A stretch of 37,705 nt of DNA, from IMG/VR virus record IMGVR_UViG_3300043775_000370, positions 1-37,705 of that record; one strand, 5' to 3'. Position 1 is the stretch's first letter. Each line of letters begins with the position of its first letter. The translations under genes were made by a program, and so were the position numbers. Under the pieces are notes generated by a model, which saw only the letters and a list, made by a program, of their open reading frames with translations, was not told the DNA's origin and searched no databases. Below are positions 20,001-28,800 of this stretch, in pieces. The DNA comes from a virus (taxonomy: Duplodnaviria > Caudoviricetes).

Positions 20001-22473
20001 ACCTAATTGCTACTGTGTGTGAAATACCAGCTGCCACTGCTGTCCAAGAACTTGATCCAATTTGAGTAGGACTAGATTTGGCTGTGATGTTTAAGCCCAC
20101 TAACACCGGACTACTTTTAGCTATAATTGTACCATCACCTAATCGACCTGAGCCACCATATCCCCAACTAAACAAGTATCCATCAGACCTAATTGCGGCA
20201 GTGTGTGTACCAGCATTTTTACCAGCCGACACTGCTGTCCAAGAACTTGATCCAATTTGAACTGGTGAGGATTTAGACCCAGATGTACCATCACCTAATT
20301 GACCAGAACTTCCTGCACCCCAAGTAAACAGTGTGCCACCGGATCTAATTGCGGCTGTGTGTGAACCACCGGCCGATACTGCTGTCCAAGAACTAGAACC
20401 AATTTGAACTGGTGAGGATTTATCCGCAGTTGTACCATCACCTAATTGACCAGAGGTGTTTTGACCCCAAGTAAACAGTGTGCCACCAGACCTAATTGCG
20501 GCTGTGTTTTGCTGGCCAGCCGACACTGCTGTCCAGGAACTTGATCCGATTTGAACGGGGCTTAAAGAAGATAACGGATTATTTCCTACTTGAACCGGTG
20601 AGGATCTATTTGTAGCTCTTTGTCCATCACCTAATTGACCAAATTGACCATACCCCCAAGTAAACAGTGTGCCACCAGACCTAATTGCGGCTGTGTGGCG
20701 GCTGCCGGCCGACACTGCTGTCCAGGAACTGGATCCAATTTGAACTGGTGAGGATCTATTTGACTGGTCGCCCACTCCCAATCGACCTGAGCCACCATAT
20801 CCCCAAGTAAACAGTGTGCCACCGGATCTAATTGCTCCCATGTGTCCACCTGATAATGAAGCCGCCACTGCTGTCCAAGAACTGGATCCAATTTGAACTG
20901 GTGAGGATTTAGACCCAGATGTACCATCACCTAATTGACCCGAATCACCGCGACCCCAAGTAAACAGTGTGCCACCAGACCTAATTGCGGCTGAGATTTG
21001 AGAACTAGCCGCCACTGCTGTCCAAGAACTAGATCCAATTTGAACTGGTGAGGATCTATTTGTCTGTGTACTGTCACCTAATGGACCAAAGGCATTCGCA
21101 CCCCAACCAAACAAGTATCCATCAGACCTAATTGCCAAGTTGTGGGTGCCACTCGATACTGCTGTCCAGGAACTTGATCCAATTTGAACTGGCGAAGATT
21201 TGTTTGCGGTTGTTCCATCACCCAATCGACCATCGGTTCCTATACCAAAAGTAAACAATAAATTATCAGACCGGATTGCGGCCGAGTGTTGGAATCCAGC
21301 CGCCACTGCTGTCCAAGAACTAGAACCAATTTGAACTGGTGAGTTTCTTTGAAAAGTTGTTCCATCACCTAATTGACCAGAGGTGTTTTGACCCCAAGTA
21401 AATAATAATCCATCAGACCTAATTGCGGCTGTGTGATATCCACCAGCCGATACTGCTGTCCAGGAACTGGATCCAACTTGAATTGGAACAACTAGTCTAG
21501 TTATGGTTGTTCCATTGCCCAATTGACCAGAAGATCCATTGCCCCAAGTAAACAAATACCCATCAGATCTAATTGCGGCAGTGTGTGAACCACCGGCCGA
21601 TATTACAGTCCAACTATAAACATCAGTAACAGCGCCTACTTGACCATAAGATCCTCCACCCCAAGTAAATAATAATCCATCAGATCTAATTGCGGCTGTG
21701 TGTATGGAACCAGCCGACACTGCTGTCCAGGAACTTGATCCAATTTGAACTGGTATTACGGCAGTGCTACCAGCATTATTACCTAATTGACCATAATTTC
21801 CTGAACCCCAAGCAAACAGTGTGCCACCGGATCTAATTGCGGCGGTGTGAGCACCACCACCCGCCACTGCTGTCCAAGAACTGGATCCAATTTGAACTGG
21901 TGATGACGTTGATGTAAATGAAGCATTACCTAATTGACCAGATTGACCATACCCCCAAGTAAATAATAATCCATCAGATCTAATTGCGGCTGTGTGGCGG
22001 CTGCCGGCCGACACTGCTGTCCAGGAACTGGATCCAACTTGAACTGGTGAGGATTTGGTTACAAGTGTACCATCACCTAATTGACCCTCATTTCCGCGAC
22101 CCCAAGTAAACAATAAATTATCAGACCTGATTGCGGCTGTGTGTGTAGAACCAGCCGATATTGCAGTCCAACTATAAACATCAGTAACAACAGCTATTGC
22201 TCCGTCAGGACCTGTACCCCAAGCATATAAGAAGCCGGGACCAGGTGGACCTATCGTACCTACGGCCGCAAACATTGTGCCAATATCCACACCACCACTT
22301 TGAAAATTTGTGGTGCCAAAAGCTGTGCCGCCATTACTCACGCTGTAGTAATAGTTAGAAATGTCGGTGCCACCGACTCTATAATTCACATCGGCTCTTT
22401 TTGAAGACCCGCCTATTGGTTCAAAGAGTGTATCTAGGTCAGCACCGGTAACTCTAAAACTTGTGGTTGGCAT
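17023..22473 (-). CDS. Giant RCC1/BLIP-II-repeat beta-propeller protein, putative tail-fibre tip adhesin (35 blades)
   Basis: 34 full plus 2 half ~49-aa repeats of consensus SSPVQIGSSSWTAVSAGxxHTAAIRSDGxLFTWGxxxxGQLGDGTxxxK; lies downstream of a chaperone-bearing fibre gene. Confidence 0.9.
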   Translation of the reverse strand: MPTTSFRVTGADLDTLFEPIGGSSKRADVNYRVGGTDISNYYYSVSNGGTAFGTTNFQSGGVDIGTMFAAVGTIGPPGPGFLYAWGTGPDGAIAVVTDVYSWTAISAGSTHTAAIRSDNLLFTWGRGNEGQLGDGTLVTKSSPVQVGSSSWTAVSAGSRHTAAIRSDGLLFTWGYGQSGQLGNASFTSTSSPVQIGSSSWTAVAGGGAHTAAIRSGGTLFAWGSGNYGQLGNNAGSTAVIPVQIGSSSWTAVSAGSIHTAAIRSDGLLFTWGGGSYGQVGAVTDVYSWTVISAGGSHTAAIRSDGYLFTWGNGSSGQLGNGTTITRLVVPIQVGSSSWTAVSAGGYHTAAIRSDGLLFTWGQNTSGQLGDGTTFQRNSPVQIGSSSWTAVAAGFQHSAAIRSDNLLFTFGIGTDGRLGDGTTANKSSPVQIGSSSWTAVSSGTHNLAIRSDGYLFGWGANAFGPLGDSTQTNRSSPVQIGSSSWTAVAASSQISAAIRSGGTLFTWGRGDSGQLGDGTSGSKSSPVQIGSSSWTAVAASLSGGHMGAIRSGGTLFTWGYGGSGRLGVGDQSNRSSPVQIGSSSWTAVSAGSRHTAAIRSGGTLFTWGYGQFGQLGDGQRATNRSSPVQVGNNPLSSLSPVQIGSSSWTAVSAGQQNTAAIRSGGTLFTWGQNTSGQLGDGTTADKSSPVQIGSSSWTAVSAGGSHTAAIRSGGTLFTWGAGSSGQLGDGTSGSKSSPVQIGSSSWTAVSAGKNAGTHTAAIRSDGYLFSWGYGGSGRLGDGTIIAKSSPVLVGLNITAKSSPTQIGSSSWTAVAAGISHTVAIRSDGLLFTWGNNTDGRLGDGTLVNKSSPVQIGSSSWTAVSAGFAHTAAIRSDGYLFAWGLGTSGQLGDGTTSGKSSPVQIGSSSWTAVAAGATHTAAIRSGGTLFTWGANIDSRLGDGTTVDKSSPVQIGSSSWTAVSTGSSHTAAIRSDGLLFTWGSGTFGQTGAVTDLYSWTVISAAFAHTMAIRSDGYLFAWGAGADGRLGDGTIANKSSPVQIGSSSWTAVAAGSFHTAAIRSGGTLFTWGSGSSGATGVSTDSFSWTVVSSGQYHTAAIRSDNLLFTWGYGGSGRLGDGTVVSKSSPVQIGSSSWTAVSAGNKHTAAIRSDGLLFTWGYNTTGQLGDGTFVGKSSPVQIGSSSWTAVSVGARSLHTAAIRSDGYLFSWGYNAQGRLGDGTTANKSSPVQIGSSSWTAVSAGGSHTAAIRSGGTLFTWGYNAQGRLGDGTTVAKSSPVQIGSSSWTAVSAGNKHTAAIRSDNLLFAWGYNTIGQLGDSTTANKSSPVQIGSSSWTAVSATYQHTAAIRSGGTLFTWGFETYGRLGNGAAGFAFRSSPIQIGSSSWTAVSAGSIHTAAIRSGGTLFTWGSGTFGRLGDGTTVTKSSPVQVGNNPLSSSSPIQVGSSSWTAVSARIQNTAAIRSDGYLFTWGGNSYGSLGDGTTTQRNSPVQIGSSSWTAVSVGDSHTVAIRSGGTLFTWGSGNNGRLGDGTTANKSSPVQIGSSSWTAVSAGDQHTAAIRSGGTLFTWGANSSGRLGDGTQTNRSSPVQIGSSSWTAVSAGRYHTAAIRSDGYLFAWGQSNDGRLGDGTLVNKSSPVQIGSSSWTAVSAGGTHTAAIRSDGYLFTWGYGGSGRLGDGTIISKSSPILIGANGKSSNSPTQIGSSSWTAVSAGGTHTAAIRSDNLLFTWGSNAYGQLGDGTTLQRNLPVQIGSNTWRIVSTGLSHTAAISFSRSLFTWGLGTSGQLGDGTSVSKSSPVQIGSSLWTAVSAGNLHTLAVLKG
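17030..22235 (-). repeat. ~147-bp tandem coding repeat array (RCC1 blades) with near-identical framework DNA
   Basis: Plus-strand cores such as ACTGCTGTCCAGGAACTGGATCCAATTTGAACTGGTGAGGA and CTAATTGCGGCTGTGTG recur every ~147 nt. Confidence 0.95.
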
Positions 22474-22482
22474 TTACAATTA

Positions 22483-22770
22483 TTATTCTTGTGTAGGTTC
22501 TTCAGCCGGTGGTTGAGGAATTTCTAATATATCTCTGTGTTCATACACTTCACCATTTTCTACGGTGTAATTTAGGTAATCCGACATTTTATGAGTTGCT
22601 GGATTAAATTCTGTTGTATCTCTAATGATCTTAACGAATTCATTTTCTCTCATAAAGTTCTCATCAACTTTACACTTCAGGTCGAAATTATCATTGCCAT
22701 TCCAATTTTTAGGTAATAGGTCATAAACACCTTTTATTTCACCGCCAATTAAATTTGCATATACTGTCAT
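22483..22770 (-). CDS. Small hypothetical protein, possibly tail-fibre assembly/accessory
   Basis: 95 aa; translationally coupled to the collagen fibre gene (ATGA overlap) and placed between fibre and adhesin. No motif recognised. Confidence 0.6.
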   Translation of the reverse strand: MTVYANLIGGEIKGVYDLLPKNWNGNDNFDLKCKVDENFMRENEFVKIIRDTTEFNPATHKMSDYLNYTVENGEVYEHRDILEIPQPPAEEPTQE

Positions 22771-25397
22771 TCTTTTCCTCCTAATGAATCAGTGTTATCT
22801 AATAAAATATTTATCTTCTTTTCCAACTCTTTTATGGAGCCTTGTTGTTCTTTAATTGCTTCAATTAGTAAACCAATAATACTGTCATATGAAAGTGACA
22901 TAGTACCGTTTTCATTTGTGTTTACAATTTCTGGAAGTATTTTCTGTACTTCTTGAGCAATAACACCTATTGATTTATTTCCATTATCTTTCCACGTGAA
23001 ACTTACACCTCTCATCTGCAACACTTTATACATAGCATCTTCTAAAGTATGTATATTTTCTTTAGTATTTACGTCAGACAGTGTGTTGAAAATTGTGGCA
23101 TTGAGTGTGCCTGTCGAAGGATTAAAATACAATTTCGTACTGCTTGCTTCAGCAGTTTGATTTGATCCGACTCCAGCAACAAATACTGGATAATGGTTAG
23201 CGTTAGTTGTGCTTTCTTCTGCCGCATTAATTGTCGTAGAAGGTCCTGCTGGTCCGATTGGTCCGATAGGTCCAATGGGTCCTTGTGGTCCAGCGTTGCC
23301 TATTGGACCAATGGGTCCTTGTGGTCCAGTATTGCCAATTGGTCCGATTGGTCCGATAGGTCCAATGGGTCCTTGTGGTCCTGTTAAGCCGATAGGTCCG
23401 ATAGGTCCTTGTGGACCTGTTGCACCTCTTTGACCGGCAGCAGTAATTGTCCACGATGAAGCAGAAGTTGTACCAATATTAAAATCTGCGGCAATAGCAA
23501 AAGTTGTTCCACCAGTTATAGTTACTGTACCCTCAAAGAAGTTTGCTACTGTATTAACAGCACGAACTCTGGAACCGGTAATAAATGCACCTTGTGTATT
23601 TGTTGTGAGCGTGATAGTGCCGGTTGAGGATGGAACCGCAGTAGTTGTTGACGTTACACCGTCAAAACCTATTCCGATTGGGCCGATAGGTCCTTGCGGC
23701 CCAATAGGTCCAATGGGTCCGATTGGCCCTTGCGGCCCGATAGGTCCAATGGGTCCAATTGGGCCGATTGGACCAATAGGTCCTTGTGGTCCAGTTAAAC
23801 CGATAGGTCCAATAGGTCCTTGCGGCCCAATAGGTCCGATAGGTCCGATAGGTCCAATCGGTCCAATAGGTCCTTGCGGTCCAGTTAAACCGATTGGTCC
23901 AATAGGTCCTTGCGGCCCAATAGGTCCGATAGGTCCGATAGGTCCGATAGGTCCTTGTGGTCCGATAGGTCCAATCGGTCCAATAGGTCCTTGTGGTCCT
24001 GTTAAGCCGATGGGTCCAATAGGTCCTTGTGGTCCAGTGTTACCGATTGGCCCAATAGGTCCTTGTGGTCCTGTTAAGCCGATGGGTCCAATAGGTCCTT
24101 GTGGTCCAATAGGTCCAATGGGTCCAATTGGACCGATAGGTCCTTGTGGTCCAGTATCACCAATTGGTCCAATAGGTCCTTGTGGTCCGATAGGTCCAAT
24201 CGGTCCAATAGGTCCTTGTGGTCCTGTTAAGCCGATGGGTCCAATAGGTCCTTGTGGTCCAATAGGTCCAATAGGCCCGATGGGTCCAATAGGTCCTTGT
24301 GGTCCTGTTGGTCCGATTGGACCAATGGGACCAATAGGTCCTTGTGGTCCAGAGACACCTTGATTACCAATGGGTCCAATAGGTCCGATTGGTCCTTGTG
24401 GTCCAGTGTTTCCAATGGGACCAATAGGTCCTTGTGGTCCAGTTAAACCGATTGGTCCAATAGGTCCTTGTGGTCCGCTTGGTCCTTGTGGTCCTGTTGC
24501 ACCTCTTTGACCAGCAATTGTTACAGTCCAAGAAGATGCTGTTGTTGTACCTAAGTTGAAATCTGCGGCAATAGCAAATGATGTGCCGGTGATTGTGACA
24601 ACACCTTCAAAAAAGTTTGCAGTTGTGTTTGTTGCCCTTACACGATTTCCTGTTACAAAATCATGGAAAGTTGTGTTAACAATTAATGTAATTGTTCCTG
24701 AGCCTGCTGGAGTAGCAGATGAGGTTGAGGTTACTTGTGAACCTGGTCCTGTTGCACCCGTTGGTCCAGTGTTGCCGATTGGTCCAATAGGTCCAATTGG
24801 TCCTTGTGGTCCTGTATTACCAATAGGTCCAATTGGCCCAATAGGTCCTTGTGGTCCGCTTGGTCCTTGTGGTCCAATGGGTCCAATTGGACCGATAGGT
24901 CCTTGTGGTCCGCTTGGTCCTTGTGGTCCGATAGGCCCAATAGGTCCAATTGGTCCTTGTGGTCCTGTATTACCAATAGGTCCAATTGGCCCAATAGGTC
25001 CTTGTGGTCCGCTTGGTCCTTGTGGTCCAATTGGCCCGATTGGCCCAATAGGTCCTTGTGGTCCAGTATTACCAATTGGTCCAATGGGTCCTTGTGGTCC
25101 TGTTGGTCCAATAGGTCCAATGGGCCCAATAGGTCCTTGTGGTCCTGTTTGTCCGATAGGTCCGATAGGACCTTGTGGTCCAGTATTACCGATAGGTCCT
25201 TGTGGTCCGATTGGCCCGATTGGACCCTGTGGTCCTGTTGGTCCAATTGGACCTTGAGGTCCTGCTGTACCTGCGGGACCTGTGGGTCCTGTTGCACCAA
25301 AACCTCCGGCACCAACCCATTGGCCATTAGCGGCAATCACATAAGTGTTGCCTACTGTTAAGCCATTCTTAACTACGAATGTATTTGCTGATGCCAA
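22767..25397 (-). CDS. Collagen-like tail fibre with two interspersed globular knobs and a C-terminal peptidase S74 intramolecular chaperone
   Basis: Three Gly-X-Y tracts (GPI/GPQ/GNT/GLT); [10 protein letters not shown] cleavage motif, [23 protein letters not shown] and terminal coiled coil. TTG start with GGGGAG SD. Confidence 0.88.
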   Translation of the reverse strand: MASANTFVVKNGLTVGNTYVIAANGQWVGAGGFGATGPTGPAGTAGPQGPIGPTGPQGPIGPIGPQGPIGNTGPQGPIGPIGQTGPQGPIGPIGPIGPTGPQGPIGPIGNTGPQGPIGPIGPIGPQGPSGPQGPIGPIGPIGNTGPQGPIGPIGPIGPQGPSGPQGPIGPIGPIGPQGPSGPQGPIGPIGPIGNTGPQGPIGPIGPIGNTGPTGATGPGSQVTSTSSATPAGSGTITLIVNTTFHDFVTGNRVRATNTTANFFEGVVTITGTSFAIAADFNLGTTTASSWTVTIAGQRGATGPQGPSGPQGPIGPIGLTGPQGPIGPIGNTGPQGPIGPIGPIGNQGVSGPQGPIGPIGPIGPTGPQGPIGPIGPIGPIGPQGPIGPIGLTGPQGPIGPIGPIGPQGPIGPIGDTGPQGPIGPIGPIGPIGPQGPIGPIGLTGPQGPIGPIGNTGPQGPIGPIGLTGPQGPIGPIGPIGPQGPIGPIGPIGPIGPQGPIGPIGLTGPQGPIGPIGPIGPIGPIGPQGPIGPIGLTGPQGPIGPIGPIGPIGPIGPQGPIGPIGPIGPQGPIGPIGIGFDGVTSTTTAVPSSTGTITLTTNTQGAFITGSRVRAVNTVANFFEGTVTITGGTTFAIAADFNIGTTSASSWTITAAGQRGATGPQGPIGPIGLTGPQGPIGPIGPIGPIGNTGPQGPIGPIGNAGPQGPIGPIGPIGPAGPSTTINAAEESTTNANHYPVFVAGVGSNQTAEASSTKLYFNPSTGTLNATIFNTLSDVNTKENIHTLEDAMYKVLQMRGVSFTWKDNGNKSIGVIAQEVQKILPEIVNTNENGTMSLSYDSIIGLLIEAIKEQQGSIKELEKKINILLDNTDSLGGKE
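23243..25295 (-). repeat. Collagen Gly-Pro-X repeat tracts (~23243-23425, ~23670-24505, ~24745-25295)
   Basis: 9-nt periodic GGNCCNATN/GGNCCACAA units. Confidence 0.95.
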
Positions 25398-25428
25398 GGT
25401 TCACTCTCCCCTAGGTGTGTTATTCTTA

Positions 25429-25896
25429 TTATTTGTAAAAACCGGTTCTAACTATTTTAATCGTTAGTCTCTCGCTTGTTGTTGGTGTGAAAAGTAAATT
25501 CACGATATTTGTTTTAGCTGAAGGCGTTAAGTTAGCGGAGAAAGTTCCAAGTGTTCTGTTAAACAATGTTCCTTGTTCAGTTGTGTAAACATCATTTTCA
25601 TCTTGTAAAAGATATACTGTTGTAAACAAAAATCTTTTTGTATCACCAGAAGAACCATCAACCGTTATAGAATAAGTTGCGGCACGAAAATCATCAGCAT
25701 CAAACGAATCAATGATTGTTGTGTTACCTGAATTCGATATTACAGTATTTGATGTGATCGAAAACGCACTACCTGATACCAATGTTCCAACATTCAATGC
25801 ACCAGTAACTGAACCGTCACCAAAAAGGTTGAACTGCCCCACATTTGTTGTGGGGGTTCCAATTAACAATGCATCAAGTACCGCTTTATTGCTCAT
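25429..25896 (-). CDS. Putative virion structural protein
   Basis: IDSFDADDFRAATYSITV...LGTFSA-type beta domain of the kind seen in T4-like cyanophage structural proteins; located in the fibre block. Confidence 0.6.
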   Translation of the reverse strand: MSNKAVLDALLIGTPTTNVGQFNLFGDGSVTGALNVGTLVSGSAFSITSNTVISNSGNTTIIDSFDADDFRAATYSITVDGSSGDTKRFLFTTVYLLQDENDVYTTEQGTLFNRTLGTFSANLTPSAKTNIVNLLFTPTTSERLTIKIVRTGFYK

Positions 25897-25897
25897 G

Positions 25898-28800
25898 TTA
25901 TGCTTGTGCTTCTGTCCATGATAGTCTAGACTGAATCTGTCTTGCGTTTGTATTTAAACTTGTTACAACAACAGTCACAACGTCCGGACCATCTGGGAAT
26001 ACTTGTGAACCTGCGTTGTTATTTGTTCCACCACCATTCACAGAATTTCCTAAGTCACGAACGAGATTCAAATCTTGTTGTGTAGCAGAGTAAATTGTAC
26101 CACCGCCATCGTTATTAACGAAGAACGCATAAATCAAGTCTCCGCCACGAACGTTACGCCCTGTTGTATGATAGCACACTTGTGAAAGACTTGGAGCACC
26201 AGCAGTTTGCCATAGGTCACCAGTGTCTACTGTACCATTCAACACCAATTTAACTAAGAAAATACCATTAGTTAAAATGTCCAACTGACGAAGTGTCAAT
26301 TGCATTGTGTTTAGAACTTCACGTTGACCAAGAACACCTGGAATACCAGAGTCAACTGATGGCGCTAGTCTGAGTGAAAGAACTGCGTTTGTTGCTCCGG
26401 CAGCTACAGACAAAGATGATGTTGATGGTGTTGAGAACACGAAAGATTTATCATCATCGTAACGGCCATCCATAATAACAGAAGACCCCCAATGTGATAT
26501 AGCTGGAACAAACTGAGGTGCCGCCAGCGACACGGCAATTGGTGCAGTAGCAGAGTAAGTATGTCCTGTTGCTGTTGTACCCATAGGATCAACAATGAGA
26601 GTTAAACCAGTTCCTGCGGCAGTTGCGGCACGGCTCATCTGAATTGTATTCGGAGAGCCAGCAGTAATGGAAACAATAAATGTTCCTGTTGAAATTCCTG
26701 TACCTGTAATTCTTTGACCAACTTGAAGACCCGTTGTTGGTGATGTTGTTGTCATTGTTGTAGAACCACCAACAGTTACACAACCAGTGAGTGCAGTATT
26801 ACCTGCCGCACCACGGGTCACACCTGTAAATGTACCAGAAGTTTTACCCGAATAGTTTACATACTCCATACCAGCAGGATCTCTAATCAATAAAGAACCT
26901 GAAGATGGAAAGTTTGTAGTGTTTGCAACAGAAATTGAAGTGTCACCCGAACCAATTGTTCCAGTGATTAATGTTTCTGGTACATATGTGTTAACTTCAT
27001 AACGTGCTGGAAGATTACCAGAACGTAGATATGCTTCTGTCAAATTATTGTTATGAACAAATCTGTGGCAATATATGACTTGACCCGCTTGGTCTTTGAA
27101 GCCAAAACGAACTGCGCCTGCACCATACCAAGAATAGTCCATATAGAACATCTGTATTTTGGCCAAGTCGATGTTGTATCCAGATGGTCCTGTTCCGTCC
27201 ATACGGTCTAGATTCCATGCAGTTTGTGCAATTTTAGTGTCAATAATTTCAGAGATAACTGCTGTTGTTTTACCTGTTAATGACACGCCACGATATGGTG
27301 GAGAAATTTGTAATGATGTGTCTGATGCAATAGACATGACACGGTAACACATACCACGAATGGAAATAAATTGACCTGGGAAACATTGTTTAGAGAACAG
27401 TGTAGACACACCGTTTACTGTTGCGCCGGTTACCGTTGATGATCCATTGGTTACGTTCACATAACCTGAGAGTTGTGTTGTTGAACTTCTACGAACAGCC
27501 CATAGGGTTTGTCCGTCATATTCAAAGAACATACCGTTCGTTGCAGTGAACATACCAATACGTGCTGATGCACCATACCAATTTGTCACACTTAATAGAG
27601 AGTTACCGGATGCTGGCGTTGCAGATGGTGTTGAGAGTGCTGTATAAGTAAATGTATAGTTTGTTGGAGTATCGACAACAGTAAAGTTTCCGTTGTATGC
27701 AGTTTCATTACATCCGGCAATTGTTATAGAAACACCCGGAAACAAAAAGTGTGCAACTTTAGTTGTGACAGTTACTGTTGTACCAGAAGACGAAATTTGG
27801 TCAACAATAATATTTGGACGAAGAATCGTGCCTGTTGACCATTGAATACCTTTACCGGATTGGTAACGGAAATAACGACGGGTTTGACGAACAATTGAAT
27901 TTCCCTCTGCACCAGTGCCCATCGAGATTGATGTACCACCATCAAAAGGTCTGTGGGCTGCTAAGCCGTATGGTTCAGCATAAACTCCACCGCCAGCGCC
28001 GACCGCAATAGAACCAGTAGGCGCACTTGTTACACGAACTCTAAATGTGGTTGATGTTGGTACAGTAACGACAGTCCAGTTTCCATTAGGAGCATTTGTC
28101 GATGCTGTTAAGCCATAGCAATAAATGGATGAACCAATATTCAAACCGTGTGGTTCGTTTGTTGTAAATGTTACTAATGTACCTGAGTTAGTAATAGATG
28201 CAATTGAATATGCGGCACCTGTGTAGAAACCACCAGAGAACACTTGTGTGGAAACAGAATTAAAAATAGCTTCCGTTACGTTGGCACTTGATGAACCAGA
28301 ATAGGTTACGTTTGCACCTGTTCTAGAGTCTGCAATAAACAATCCATTAAAGTCATCATTGTACGAGTCTTGTATCTGAATTGGTGTTCCCGCTTCAGGC
28401 ACCTGCGTTGGTGTAATATTATAAGATGCACCGGATAAATTGACGTTAGCAGTTGCCTGTAGTTGCAGTGAAGTGTTGTTTGCAACAGTAGAAACAGTAC
28501 CAATGAATACGTTTCCGGAAGAATAAAGTGCGGAACCTGGAACAAGTTGGCCAGTAAAGTTTGTTCCTGAACCTGTTATTGTTGAACCAGAGTTGGAAAT
28601 TGTTCCCGTTCCGGCTGCTTGCGTGAATGTAATTGTGGATGTTTTTGAACCAGAAGATGTTATGATGTTGGTAACAGCCAATGGTTGTTGTAAGTTTGGA
28701 TAATATGTTGAACGGTTCGATAAGTAGTTTACTGTTTCCCATTTTGTCGGCTGTAGTCCATATTCAAAGTCGGTATCAATCAAAGATTGTGGAGTAGAAA

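Noticed and set aside
17030-22235. CRISPR-like look of constant repeats separated by variable segments
   Set aside because: The period is an in-frame ~147 nt inside a 5.4-kb ORF, the variable parts are short codon-aligned loops, and there are no cas genes or leader.
17023-22473. Diversity-generating retroelement acting on the adhesin
   Set aside because: No reverse transcriptase or non-coding template repeat in the window; differences among blades are not adenine-restricted and include indels. A remote DGR cannot be excluded but nothing here supports it.
23209-25257. Plus-strand ORFs that also encode collagen-like GPI/GPC/GPM repeats (also 35157-35906)
   Set aside because: GGNCC is self-complementary, so Gly-Pro-X repeats automatically read as Gly-Pro-X on the opposite strand. 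No SD or terminal domains, and all real genes are on the minus strand.
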